A stretch of 63,257 nt of DNA, filler included, from Collodictyon triciliatum (GCA_043381765.1; 6 parts of 6 records of this genome joined end to end with filler, not necessarily neighbours in it); one strand, 5' to 3'; numbered from the whole stretch's first letter, positions 1 through 13,400 are shown. A program made the numbers and translations. Notes: generated by a model from the sequence alone, not told the origin.

Positions 1-11
1 ATCCGGAAACC

Positions 12-650
12 ATGGAGCTCTCCTCAAAAAGATCAGTGCCACACACCGCTGAAAAAATGGCAGAGCAGTCAAGTTCTTATAAGGGGAAAAGTGAAAAGGA
101 AAGACAGCTGCATAGGCGAAGCCAGAGACAAAGGTCAGCTGTAGATTCAAACTCTGAACAAGAGAGTGAGATTCAGTCTCAACACATGTCAGAAACAACC
201 CAGTCATCTAGCAAAGTTTCTTATGCTACAGCAGTTAACAAAGATGGTCGTCTAGTAATGCAAACGAAATATGTTCAAACAAAAGATATTTTTTCAAATG
301 TTTTGGATGAAATAGCGGTTATCGATAACTTGAAGGATGATTTTGATCCGCGTAAAGACTTTGGGATTAATCCTGAAGAATATAAAGCTGATTGCAGAAC
401 AACGGATGATATTGCTGGATTGGCAGTTTGCGAATCAAAATTAATGATGAATGGGTCCAACAAAAGTGAACTACAACTGTCAAACTTGAGGAGAATAATA
501 CAAAAAAATACTAACATTTACTGGAAAAATGTAGAGACTGAACCATACACATTGAGGTTTGCGAGCCTTATGCGTTGAAGATACGGATATACTCACATAT
601 CGAAGCAATTCGGTGTATTTTTAAGCATTATTATTATTATTATTATTATT

Positions 651-682
<32 letters not shown>

Positions 683-3600
683 TATCCTTTGCCAATATAA
701 ATATAAGCACATAGTAAAATACCATCCATCAGTAAAGATGACATTAATCCGTTCGAAACTAGGTTTTCAGACGCAACGCTTGAGGAGAGATATAAAAAAA
801 CAATCCCACCAAAAATGCACAAAAATTTTAAATTAATCAATGTATTGTTTTTATTCTCCACAATAATATCGATATTGGGATACGGAATGTCTTTGTAAGT
901 TATGTTTCGGTATACCAGTTTCAGTATTTTAATGCAATATTGTAGGAGTACGAAGCGAAAACTAATTCATTTTTTTTGCTCTAAAATTTTCAATTTTCTC
1001 TTCTTCAGCGGGTTCATTTTCTTTGGTATTTGTTTGGTCCAAATGACTATGCTGATAGTAGGATTCATAATGACATTGAAAAAAGAAATGCAATTAAAGT
1101 ATGTATCCACTTATTTATATTTTATTTCAGAACTTACTTATTCATAAAACATGGCCATTAATAATGCAGCTTTGCCCAAGGATTCTCACTGAAATTCCAA
1201 CCAGCATATCTATCCAAATATTTATTTTCTAATGTTTTCTTTAGGTACTACTACTTTTTTTCTGTGCAGAATTTCTTTATGGCTATGTTAGGGAGTTTTG
1301 GGTTGATAATTTTAAATTCCAAGAGCGACGGACCAACCATACATGGATACGGGACAATATCTGTAATTTTATTTGTTGATTTATGTCAACGTTCATCTAA
1401 TGGTTGACCAGAGATTACACTCATTCAAGTTTTTCTTACAATTCTCACCTCTATCAATTTATATTTAAATTCCAATCAACCCCTCTTTTCGGTTTGACAG
1501 GCAGCAACCACTTTCGTTACAACCCTCTTTCGATACCAAGTCAGAGATACTCTACTATTGTCGACAACTTACACGGTACTTCATATCATCGGAATGGGTA
1601 CTATTAATGGAATAAGATTAGCGGCCATTCCTTGGATAGCTACATCACTGGGGCTGTATACATCATACTTTCTCGAGTCGTCCGACAGAGAGTATTTCTT
1701 AATCGACCTTTATCATCCGAATGAGTTTTTAATTCCCCCTCATTATGCCGAAGCCACATTTTTTAAGTTCATATCGCGTAATAAAATATTCAAAACAAAT
1801 GTGATGTGTAGTATTGAATTTATTGCCATGAAACTAAATGAATAGCTACGATATTTATAGGAAATTTATACACAACGAGAAATTTGAAACATGCCGGAAA
1901 ATATTGCAATACGAGCACAGTAGAACAGTCGAAATTTTAAAGCTATTATACCCTCGGTATTTCTTTTATATAGAATCTTTAAGCCTGTTTGAAGTCTTTC
2001 ATCTTCTAAGGCTATTGACGTGCCAGAAGGAATGGCTACGTGGACATAAAAATTCTTTATCTTTCCACTCATTCTTGTCAGATAAAGGGATAATATTATG
2101 TCAAGTAGATGTCGACATTCGATTAAAAATCGATAATTTTATAAAGGTGGTATGCCGAATATTTAAGGACAGAGCCAATTACATCTGCTCCATACTTTAT
2201 GGATGAGGAAGTAATCACAGTCGCTTCGAGAATACTCCTTCATAATTGCGAGGATTATACAGTAGATGAAAGACACTATGTTTTAAGGGACGCAATAGAG
2301 TAAGATAAGATGCTCTAATTCCTTACAATTGTTTCTCATGAAAGAATCCCATTCATATTACAATACTAAAGAAAAATAAGATTTACCTTTATTAAAATAA
2401 ACTCAACCAAAATTTTTGAAGGGGTTTAGAAGAAACAATGAAAGAGTAAGTCTATTTATCCTGATTTACCTACACTAATTTCAATAGAAAAACTATGTTT
2501 CCTTTTATAAATGATGTATTTTTTTTTACCAGGTATGGACTCACAAAGGTTAAATCGTTAAGTGAGTATCAAAATATCTAATTTACATGCCTGACTATGT
2601 AATTCAATAGAATAATAATATACATGTAATGTATGTTAAACGCAATTTCCTTATCAAAATAATAACACTCTCCAGACAATACGTTTCTTGTGAGTATGCA
2701 ATACTTTTTATTTAATCATACATGCATTCACATTACTATCTCTTACCGTGTAAAAACAAGCGCTGCCTTTTCATCTATTTGTCATTTCATTCTATCAAAA
2801 GGCTGTCACGGGATTACTTCCTGGAGAGAATGCAGTCGACATAGAAACTGTGCTGTCTTGTTTGAAGGAAGCACAAAAAAAACTTTCTAAACCTATTCGT
2901 GATTCGCGCATGAAGGTTTCTTTCTTTCACAGCTGTGATTCGAAAATTTGAAATTTTACTTATTAGATAACTACCTATATTAGAAAATTTACCAAATATA
3001 AAATATGAATTGAAAAAACAAAAAAAAATGCAGGTCGAGCTTGTATTTTCTGTCAAGGTTGGTTTTGTATATGGAGGCATACTTATAAACTCGACAAAGA
3101 CCTTGGATGTTTTTGGACCAGGTATTCGATTACATAAGACCACTAGAAACAAGTGTTTTATGAGTTGAACCATATTACTATTGAAGTGACTTGACTTCTC
3201 TAGCAAAAGTGCATATATTTATCAAGTTTTTGTTTTAGCTGTAGCAGACGCTTTCAACATGTTGGATATTGCCTCGCAAATTGATGCTTGTTGTGTCGTT
3301 TGCGATTCTGTTGCTGATATTATTAGTGTATGTGTTTCAAAAAAATTAATAGAAACCTGATTATAACACTTTGTGTTGAATTTTCAGTAATATATAATTG
3401 CTTTATCAGTAATATATGTGTATGGAAAGTATTGATGTTTTATACTTTCCAAATTATTCGATAAGGACAAGTTTAAATCAGGAAAGACGTTTGTTGATGG
3501 CCGAATTATTCACACAATCGACTTGGGCCCTTATGATATTGTCTTTGAGAGAAAAACAAGAGACAGAACTGACCGAATGTTTGATAGCTCGGGCGAAAAG

Positions 3601-6600
3601 GAAGAAATACAAGATAAGCAAACTATTTCATATGATAGCTATCCTCCTGATCAAAAAGTAAGTGGTGTGAGTGAATTCCAAAATAAAAAGAAATAAAAAA
3701 GAAATAAAAAAGAAATAAAAAAGAAATAAAAAAGAAATAAAAAAGAAATAAAAAAGAAATAAAAAAGAAATAAAAAAGAAATAAAAAAGAAATAAAAAAG
3801 AAATAAAAANNNNNNNNNNNNNNNNNNNNNNNNNNNNNNNNNNNNNNNNNNNNNNNNNNNNNNNNNNNNNNNNNNNNNNNNNNNNNNNNNNNNNNNNNNN
3901 NNNNNNNNNAAAAAAAAAAAAAAAAAAAGAAATAAAAAAGAAATAAAAAAGAAATAAAAAAGAAATAAAAAAGAAATAAAAAAGAAATAAAAAGAAATAA
4001 AAAAGAAATAAAAAAGAAATAAAAAAGAAATAAAAAAGAAATAAAAAAGAAATAAAAGAGAAATAAAAGAGAAATAAAAGAGAAATAAAAGAGAAATAAA
4101 AGAGAAATAAAAGAGAAATAAAAGAGAAATAAAAGAGAAATAAAAGAGAAATAACAAGAAAAGATAGAGTTGATATCAAAAGTGGAAAAGAGATAATATC
4201 TATGTACCCAAATATATGTCAAAAATATGAGTGCCCACTGTTGATCATTATACATATGTAATGCACTAATTTTTGTGCTTTTCTATCATGGAAATGCAAT
4301 ATATATATATATATTCGGGAACGTATACTAACTGCCATATTTATAGACAAAGAAGAAGGACACTGTAAATATACTGATTTCAGAATTGGATACCAATTTG
4401 ATGAACGTTGATGAGCAACAAGGAAAGGAATCGAAAGCTGATAATGAGCCGGATATCCAAGATATTCGTTGGTCTTACTGTAGATCGGAAAGGACGCTGG
4501 AATTTGCAAAATACCACCAATATATTTCCATCATTATATTCTACGTCAGCGGGATTATAGAGCTGTCTTTACTGATGGATTATGGCCTTTTAGAAAAAGA
4601 TGGACTTATTTGGATTCCGTATTTGAGGATGATTCTGTTTGGACCGCTGCTATTTTTGCTGAGTATAGGGTTTACCCTTTATATGCCTTACATTAAGTCA
4701 CATCGCAAATGGAGGTGGCTTCTTCCTTACATATCGAATGTATTCTATTACGTTTTTGGACTGCACTTTATAATTCGAAACGAGATATTTCTACGAAGTG
4801 AACATAGTTACGTCATGAGCGCACCAAGATTACGTTTTTTTACGTATGATATTTATCTGTGGATTGGAATTTATTCGACATTTCAGTTATCCCTACATTC
4901 TATCGTCCGCAAAATTGTATGTTTATGGTTGGCTTATGCCGTATACTTGTACACCACGTTTCCGAGGATAGCTGGGTAAATATACGAAGTTCTCATGCAA
5001 ATCAATATGGACAAAATATAATTTTTTTGATATTATATTAATGTAACGAATCGTTAGATGGCTATTGCGACAGTTATCACACTTTGTTAATATTCTCTGC
5101 ATGATACATACCCCAGCTCGCAAGGATTTCCGTGGTTTTTCCTGGTACTATATCCATTCGTGATGGGGGTGGCCTTTTGGTTTCTTAGCCGCTTCAAGGA
5201 GAGGACCTGGATAGAAGAGGTCCAAGCACAAAAGAGGCAACAACAGGTGTGCTCTATGCCCATAGTCACGCTCACATTCATTCTATATGAAGACATTTCC
5301 TATCCAAAATCATTATTGAGTCGAGATTTCAAGTATAGATGGTATATTTATGACCTAAACTTGAATCTTCAGGAGGCAATCCAACTGAGAGATGAAAAGG
5401 AGTACCTTGAAGAATTACTTATGTCGATTGTACCAGAGTCAGTATATATCTCTATCAAATCTGGTGTGAACAACGAATGCAATGAATATGAATATACGCC
5501 AGTCGTCAGCATTCGGGTGTGCAGATTCGATGCTTGTGTCGTAAATCAGAGTGTTGAAACAAGGATGCAGTTTATCGATGGTAATCTGGCGCAAATAATG
5601 CACCATAGCACTGTCTTGCAAGCCTTTACCATGAATATACCTTTTTTTTTATCAATCATTTTGTATTGGTGTGATGAAACGTTTTCTTGTTTTTCCATAA
5701 GCAATTGTATAGTGGCTGAATCGATAGCTTGATGAGCGTTATATTTTTTTTTTTTTTGTTTTGAACCATCGTGACGTTTTGGTTTAGAGCTTCTCAACCT
5801 AATGGCAGAGATGGCCTTTCAAAATGAAATGGAGCTGATCAAATCGATGGGAACACATATCGTGGTGAGTAAATCGGCATGATATAAAAAGCCAGGGCGA
5901 TTTAAAAAAAATGAAAGTGATACAATCGGGTGCAATTAACACAAGAATAATTGACCCTTGAAATTATTGTTTTGGTGAAAAACAGGTAATACCAAAGGAC
6001 CGGAGCAGAAGCGTCCAAGAAAAGCTGAATACTGCTGCTCAATTCTGCATTCAAGTAAGATTACTTTTGTGAGGAAATCAGTTTGAGATATTCATCGAAT
6101 AATCTTTTTGTTTGTTTGTTTGTTTGTTTGTTTGTTTGTTTGTTTGTTTGTTTGTTTGTTTGTTTGTTTGTTTGTTTGTTTGTTTGTTTGTTTGTTTGTT
6201 TGTTNNNNNNNNNNNNNNNNNNNNNNNNNNNNNNNNNNNNNNNNNNNNNNNNNNNNNNNNNNNNNNNNNNNNNNNNNNNNNNNNNNNNNNNNNNNNNNNN
6301 NNNNCGAAAAATCGAAAAATCGAAAAATCGAAAAATCGAAAAATCGAAAAATCGAAAAATCGAAAAATCGAAAAATCGAAAAATCGAAAAATCGAAAAAT
6401 CGAAAACTAGAAAACTAAAAAATATGGAATGTATGCGGAAGAGGTTTCGTGCGATAACACCATCGATATATCTAGGGAGGCTTCGGTTTGGGTTTGACGT
6501 GACAGGAGCAACAGGTATCTATTCACCAAGATAGAAAATTCCCACAGCAGTAGAATCAAAACAATCTCAACTTTCATACACACAATATATAAAAATAAAA

Positions 6601-7051
6601 AAGCCGTATCGCTACCATGAACACAAATATGCTCATTCTCTTATTGGATTGAATGCAGTGGAGGAGGCCATGTTACTCTCCCAATCGTGCTACGAAGGAA
6701 AAATACAGGTTTCATGCTCGAAATAAATGCATAATCGTTCTGAAAGGAATTCTATGTCATTCCATTCCATTTTTATTTTCTTTCGTATATCTATCTCGTT
6801 TCTTCTCTCATCTTGCAGTACTTTGACTTTAACTCTCGTGCAGCCATGATATCTGTATGATTGAACAATCTTTTCAGGCTTCGAGGCAGGTATATGAGTC
6901 ATCGCAAGAGGCCGAAAGCAAAGTGTATGTGGTGGAGAAGGAAAGGGTACTGGAGGAAACAAGATACTACATCGCCGCGAACAAGGACGTGTGGGGGATG
7001 TTTACATCACACATTGATTGGGCATCACAGGATGAACTGATTAGGGATTGA
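12..7051 (+). CDS. Multi-exon membrane adenylyl/guanylyl cyclase-like protein (TM block-C1-TM block-C2), predicted catalytically inactive
   Basis: Hand splicing gives TLRFSDATLEERY before a hydrophobic block, then SDREKF...EILKLLYPRWYAEYL (coiled coil + LLP-like). C1 reads ITVASRI...YGLTKVKSLNNTFLAVTG...VGFVYGGIL...LDVFGPAVADAFNM. A second hydrophobic block follows (4386-5250), then EKEYLEELLMSIVPESV. C2 reads ELIKSMGTHIV...LRFGFD...KYAHSLIGLNAVEEAMLLSQSCYEGKIQASRQVY, with TGA at 7049-7051. Exon phases around 6060-6603 are not fully resolved (gap). Confidence 0.8.
3681..4152. repeat. Intronic 11-mer array (AAATAAAAAAG)n grading into (AAATAAAAGAG)n, with N gap
   Basis: Directly visible. Confidence 0.95.
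6107..6406. repeat. (TTTG)n and (CGAAAAAT)n arrays flanking an N gap
   Basis: Directly visible. Confidence 0.95.
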
Positions 7052-7551
7052 GGCTGTTTCAGACATCGCCACTTGATTACTCGCCATTGCCGTTTCTTTT
7101 CACCATGAATGGCAATGCACACATGTAAAACACGCAATAAAAAGAACACAATCTGGTTAGTAAACTGTCTTGAAGATGCACAACTGAGCATTTCCAGTCC
7201 AGAAGCAACGCGGAAGGAAGAAAAAGAAAAGCAAAACGAAAGATAAAAAAAATTAAGCAAAAAAATAAATAAAACCAGTCAATGGGGCAATTTTATTTGG
7301 GTTTTTATCTTTCTGTTTGATTCATCTGGAACAAGAACAATAATGAGAGAAAGAAAAAAAAAGAATGAAAAAAAGAGAAAGGAAATCAAAATTGCACATA
7401 GAAAACTATCATAAAAAAGAATAGCAGCAGGAATAGGAGATGTGTAAATGGAGTCGATAGTATTAAAAGCAAATGTGAAGGGAGACCTGTCATGGCGGGG
7501 GTTATGCCGGGGCTTTGGGCGGTGAGTCTCAGATTTGCATCATAGAACGTT

Positions 7552-7862
7552 TTACGATTCGGGCGGAGGCGGTTGCGATGAGACAGATAATGTGTTTGCA
7601 GGTAGAGGCGGGCGAGTGCGGTCGAAAATGAGTCTGCGAAGCAGATCGGCTTTGGATGTTTCTGGGGTGTTCGTGCGCTGCATGATTTCAAAGACATTGT
7701 GCGTGGTCTCGGGAAGTTGGGTGATGGCGAAGATGCCCAGCACAGTGGAGATGGGATATGCGGGCTGCGGCGGCGGGGCGGACGAGATTTGGTGCATGGG
7801 TTGCGCCTGCATTGAGCTGGTTTGCTGCTGCGGATTTGCGGCTGGTCCGTGGCCCGCTGCTG
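7552..7862 (-). CDS. Last exon of an unknown gene (5' part lost at scaffold end); Pro/Gln-rich with a short helical segment
   Basis: GC-rich open frame AAGHGPAANPQQQ...YPISTVLGIFAITQLPETTHNVFEIMQRTNTPETSKADLLRRLIFD...PPPPES*, preceded by a CAGCAGCAG acceptor; converges on the cyclase-like gene. Confidence 0.6.
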
Positions 7863-8003
7863 CTGATGGTCGTGTATGTAAGTTAACAGGTTCACGTGGA
7901 GGGAGCAATGTGATGAATATGCGACCATAAAAAAAGAAAAAAAGAAAAAAAGAAAAAAAGAAAAAAAGAAAAAAAGAGAAAAAAAAAGAGAAAAAAAAAA
8001 GAG

Positions 8004-8056
<53 letters not shown>

Positions 8057-8156
8057 NNNNNNNNNNNNNNNNNNNNNNNNNNNNNNNNNNNNNNNNNNNN
8101 TTAATTAATTAANNNNNNNNNNNNNNNNNNNNNNNNNNNNNNNNNNNNNNNNNNNN
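8057..8156. other. Artificial scaffold-joining linker (N44-TTAATTAATTAA-N44); identical linkers at 29580-29679, 40023-40122, 44930-45029 and 59651-59750
   Basis: Identical 12-mer giving stops in all six frames, centred in exactly 100 nt; genes are truncated at these points. Confidence 0.97.
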
Positions 8157-9001
8157 AAAATCTTTGTCAAGGCAGGAGCGCGCAATTTCTGACCCATCTG
8201 AAACGATGTTAAAAAAAAAAAAAAAAAAAAAAAAACGGAAAAAAAAAAAAAAAGAAAAGGAAAAAAAAAAGAAAAAAAAAAGAAATAGAACGGTTAAAAA
8301 TAAAAACAGAAATGGAAAAAAAAGAGAAAAAAGAGAAAAAAGAGAAAAAAGAGAAAAAAGAGAAAAAAGAGAAAAAAGAGAAAAAAGAGAAAAAAGAGAA
8401 AAAAGAGAAAAAAAGAGAGAAAGAAAAGAAAAAGAAGGAAAAACAAGGAAAATACAAGGTCAACCTGTATTTAAAGGGCGGACAGAGAGGCTTTCGAAAG
8501 TATCTGCAGTCTTCTTCGATTTGCTGACAGAAGGTAAATTGCTCTCGTCCTTTCTAACAAGGAGAAAAGGGTAATTTTTTTTTAAAAAAAAAAAGGTCAA
8601 AAAGATTAAAAGCGAAGTTCGTCTTCGATTTGTAGTTTATTGAATCGCCCTGTATCTATTCATACATCTAGTATTTGTGTGGTAACACGCTTGCGGACTA
8701 TATATATCACTTTCTCACTTCAGATTTTTCATTGGAGCGGCTGGTGCTGGCTGGGCAAGGATAGATGTTCTACGATTGATTGGAATATATCAATACCAGA
8801 CTGTAAACAAAGTGCGACCACAAGGTATGGCCAAACATTATATCAAAAGAAAACTTTTTGGCTGGGTTCAAGGGTAAAACAGATGTTGGTGGAGTCCCGC
8901 GAATAATTGTATCAGGAATCGACTTCCATGCAGAGGTCTTTGAATAAACAATTGGTTTGTCAGATATTGTCAAGATAGATGGGGTGGCTGAAGACTGTGG
9001 C

Positions 9002-9033
<32 letters not shown>

Positions 9034-12000
9034 GAGAATAATAATCAATTAAAATGCAGTGAAAGTTGCAACTGAACAATTTTCTTTCCTTCACAAAATG
9101 GTATTCAATACGAGTGTTTACTTTAACAGATGTATCTTTGATTGAAGTTTCAGTGGACGGAACTCTGGACTCAGCCATTATACTTTGGGGAGGATTCTTG
9201 CGCAATGGACGAAAAATACATGAATTTAGTTTTGAGTGTAATGGATAAGAAAATACTGTCGGACTTAATCATTCCAGTCAAGCACTAAATGCATAAAATT
9301 AAAATTAAATGCTATTACTGTGGCCACACTACTTCCTGTTGAAAATGGCTTAGAAACTAAATCATTTATAATTTACTTCAATTAATGCATAATATCAACA
9401 CATATATACAAACTCAAGGGACCAAAAGAGAACGCTTTGGGGGAAAGGAAAGGCGCACCGGACTGGCTCGGTTCAAGTGGTGGAGGTGACACAGCTTTGT
9501 GAACCACATGGTTTGATGGTGAAAGGTTGGCTGCCTGTTGAATTTGTTGGGACGAAACTATGTTGGACCAACTCGGTTTTACATCCTTCGGAGCAGCATT
9601 TGCCTTGCCTGGATTGGAAGGGGGCTTTATGGATGTTGCGATTTTGTCATGAGACAGAGGTTGTCCCGCTGATGGGCCAACCACTTTCGATTCTGCCATG
9701 TGAATATAGTTAGGTTAGGAATGTGGGCATATCTCAGACATATTTGTAATCATCGAATCAAATTATTTCTGTTTATTTTTTGAAACAATTCCAATATATA
9801 TGGGGCAGACCGAACCAACATTATAATTCAAAATGTAATGGTCAACGGCAAATCATAAAAAACAAGAATAAACAAATAAACAAATAAATAATTCGCATGC
9901 CATGAGGGAAATTATAGCAAAAGATTATACGAAGGAAACACAAAATACATGGAATTGACTATACTCTGCACAGAGTCAGAAGCGCTTGATTTCGTCTGCG
10001 ACTTTGCAGATGTCTGAAGCGAAGGAAACGCAACTTCATCTCCTATGGAGGGCAGATTTGGCGAAGGGTAATCTGATGGTTTGGGCAAAATGTATGAATG
10101 GTCTATGTGATTATAAGGGACATCTTTGAATCCGACAGGCATTTGAGGGGCTTTTGAATTGTACTGTAGAGGTTGGGGTTGGGGTTGGGGCTGAAAGCGA
10201 GTCGGTGGTTGTTGCCCAGATATCTGTGTAGCAGTATATGAGTTTCTCTGCTCAAGACCCAACTGCATTTGGTATTGAGAAGCATATGTCGCCAGATGAG
10301 AATAATGCTGTGGGTGAGTCATGGGTAGACTATGAAATTGAGGTGGTTGGGGCTGTTGAGGTTGTGTGAGATCGGATAAGGGCTGATTCGAAGCCCCAAG
10401 CATCTGCATCTGGTACTGTTGAAGCGTTGCATTTTGTTGTTGAGTCGATGTTGAACGAGATAAATTTTGATAAGTGTTGAATGCTGCTGATTGTACTGGA
10501 GGGGAAAGGATGTGATACGGGTGCACTATTCTCTCCTGGAACGGACTCAAAGCCGAACTTCCTTTCTGTCCCAAATCCATGGCCGAAGCCTGCTGACTAC
10601 CAAAGTCCATGTTATGTTGGCCCAAGAAAGTTGAGTTTCTTGTTAGTGGGTCGGATTCGAGCGGGTCTGCCAAACTCGAAGTTGAACTCGGCAGAGGCTT
10701 CGTCGATTCCATAATTGACGGTGTTACCAAACTTGTGCTTCGAGAGGCGGGGACGTCTGCAAAGGAGGCGTTCAAGGAAAATAGAGAGGGTGACTGAGAA
10801 GGTATCGAAGAAGCGCTATTCTGCGAAGAAGCGAGGGGAACGAATTGTGCATTGAAGGAGGCAGCTATGCTTCTATTCGAAGGTGGATTAAATAATTGTT
10901 CATTATGCGCGTTTGAAGACGCAAAAGCAAATGAAGCATAATTATATGATTCACTCGGAGCATAGGAGAGCCCCTCAAACAATCTATATGGTTGGTCAAA
11001 GGCAGATGCAAGAGTGGCGCTGGGTGTGATGGGCAAACTGGAGAACATATTGGCAGACTCTCCCAGTTGCCCAGAAAACATGGAGTCACTATTTGAGTGG
11101 TGAAGAGCTGTATTGTGGTGTGAATTATCTAGGTTCGTTGGAGATTGTAGTGGATTTTGAAACCCTGGTGGAATGTGCATGCCAAATGCTGTCTGTGTCG
11201 CAGTGTCATTAAGAGAAGGTGTGCTAGTATCGAAACCTGAAAACTTGGAATTACCTTTGCATATATGTAAAAATGCGATTATTAGTTATTCACAGGCTGA
11301 GTCTCTCGATATATACAATGAAAGTGTTGGCAAAGATATTGGAGAAATTTGGTTGGATTTGTTAAATCTACCTAATCCAGCAAACGAAAAGATGGCATCG
11401 GACCACAGAGCCGTGTTTAGATTTTCAGGGAAGGGTGTGAGTGGGTTCCTTTCTTGGGTCTATTTTTTTTTTTTAAAAAAAAAAAGGTAGAAACACTAAA
11501 TGCAAGATGATAGGAAATAAGTGAGATAAGGCGAATGATAGAATTAAGATTCGAGTAACCTTTGATTCTGACGAGAAAATATGAGCGGGTAGCCAACTGT
11601 TCTCCATGTCGTTCTCAGTAGCCTGATACTCCAGGGGCTGCATATTTTGAGATTCCATATGCTTTGTTTTCTGGATTGCTGATTCATCCTGAGAAGGTGG
11701 AGTGAATCGGCAATAATTGGTTCGTGTAGTATCCATCGAGGCCAGTTTCTCAAGGAGCGGAGATACATCCGCCAAATTGGCATAAGTGGAACTACTTTCA
11801 GACTCGTGCCCAAATAAAACATTTGGTCCTGTCTGTTGAAATTCTTCATCTATAGGAATTTTGTCGGAACCTGAAGCTTGAATATTTTCTAATTTCTTTC
11901 CTTGAAATAATTCCCCATCCTACGTTTTCGTGGAGCGAATCATACGTTTTTTTTTTTTTGATGAATAGATAAAATACTGGTAATAATTGCTTTTTTTTTT

Positions 12001-13118
12001 TGAAAAATAGCTATTCAAAAAACTAGTGGATGATTACTTTTTCTTGTTTAGCTGCGATTACTTCTACAGTTTGCATCCTCTGCGCTAAAAATTCATTCAT
12101 CTCTGAGTTGAGATAATGTGCTACAAAAGACATACGCAAAAGTAATATTTTGAGCAGATATGATCAGATAAATACATGAGATAATAAAGAGGCACAATAT
12201 AATAGAGAAAGAACGTGAATGGGGGAAAATGATACAAGATATTACACAATTGTCTTATATTTTGAAATGCTACTCACATGTTTTTTCTCTAGGGAAAGAA
12301 TGGTTTGCTTTTTGAAATGTTTGCTTCAGAGAATTAAAATCGTCATTAGGCATAAGTTTAAAGCACGTTGGAAGACGAACAAAACAATTAAGAAACTAAA
12401 TATGTAAACAAAATACACGAGTGGAATTAAAGGCTAAATGGAAAAAATAAGTAAATAAACGAGATGGATGCATCGCTTTACTTGTTTGTTTTTTTAAAAA
12501 AGCTGAATCATATACGAGTTACCCAATCAAGATAATAATCCATTACATCAAAACCAGTAATACCATTCATAATAGCAAAAAAAAAAAAATGAAGATGATC
12601 ATATTGGCACCGATAAAATTTGTAATAATAAAGCAAAAAGAAAAAGAAAGCGGACGAAGAGCAAAAAGAAACTAAGAAGAAGAATAATAATAAAGATGCC
12701 TCACCTCAAGAACAACGGAAACCGGCAAAAGAGACTCGTTGCTGATGAGATCCTGGTCAAAAGCAGAACCAAACGGGTTGATTGTCGGACGATGAAGCAG
12801 CAGGAAATCCTCGCGAGAGTAGCGAAGCACCGGCCCGGACAGCGCTTTTTCCCTCTGCGAGAGACGCTGAGGAAAACCTGCCGGACTTCGCGACCAACCG
12901 GAAAGGCGCGTGGCCGGCGATCCGTTTGGATATTGGCGCTGGTAATGGTTCACGCGGTGTGTGCCGGCTGCGCGGCTCAGAGGCGCAGACTTGTCTCCGG
13001 CAAACGAGGCTTCATCGGCCGAGGCCCCGTCCATTTCCTGGGCGGCTTTGGCTGCGTGGCTGCGTGGCTGCGTGGGCCTGGTTGGGCAGTGTTTTGTTGT
13101 GTGCGGGTTTCCTTGCAT
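8157..13118 (-). CDS. Large intrinsically disordered multi-exon protein with N-terminal eIF4E-binding-like motif (GIGYF/4E-T/Eap1-like); 3' end truncated by scaffold end
   Basis: First exon (13118-12705) contains LRYSREDFLLLHRP...LISNESLLPVSV. A large S/P/Q-rich exon (about 11250-9965) has PPGF and DEVAFPSL. Further GT-AG exons run down to the linker. No folded domain is visible. Confidence 0.65.
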
Positions 13119-13120
13119 TG

Positions 13121-13319
13121 GGAGAAAAGGAGAAACGGAGAGAAAAAGAGAGAAAAGAGGGAGAGGGAGAGAAAAGGAGAGAAAAGGAGAGAAAAGGAGA
13201 GAAAAGGAGAGAAAAGGAGAAAAAGAGAAAAGAGAGAGAAAAGAGAGAAAAAGAGAGAAAAGGAGAGAAAAGGCGAGAAAAGGAGAAAAAGAGAAAAGAG
13301 AGAGAAAAGGGAGAGAAAA

Positions 13320-13351
<32 letters not shown>

Positions 13352-13400
13352 AAGAGAAAGAGAAAGAGAAATGGAAAAGAGAAAGAGAAAGGAGAGAAAA
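13121..13400. repeat. Polypurine/polypyrimidine tract (GGAGAGAAAA-type units) upstream of the minus-strand gene
   Basis: Directly visible. Confidence 0.9.

Noticed and set aside
6499..6603. Possible non-canonical intron in the cyclase C2 region (the GTATCT donor at 6515 gives a phase mismatch)
   Set aside because: A GT donor at 6499 (GTGACA) gives an in-frame join and an assembly gap lies nearby; cannot be supported without cDNA.
8101..8112. TTAATTAATTAA palindrome repeated five times
   Set aside because: Artificial six-frame-stop linker between Ns; adjacency across it has no biological meaning.
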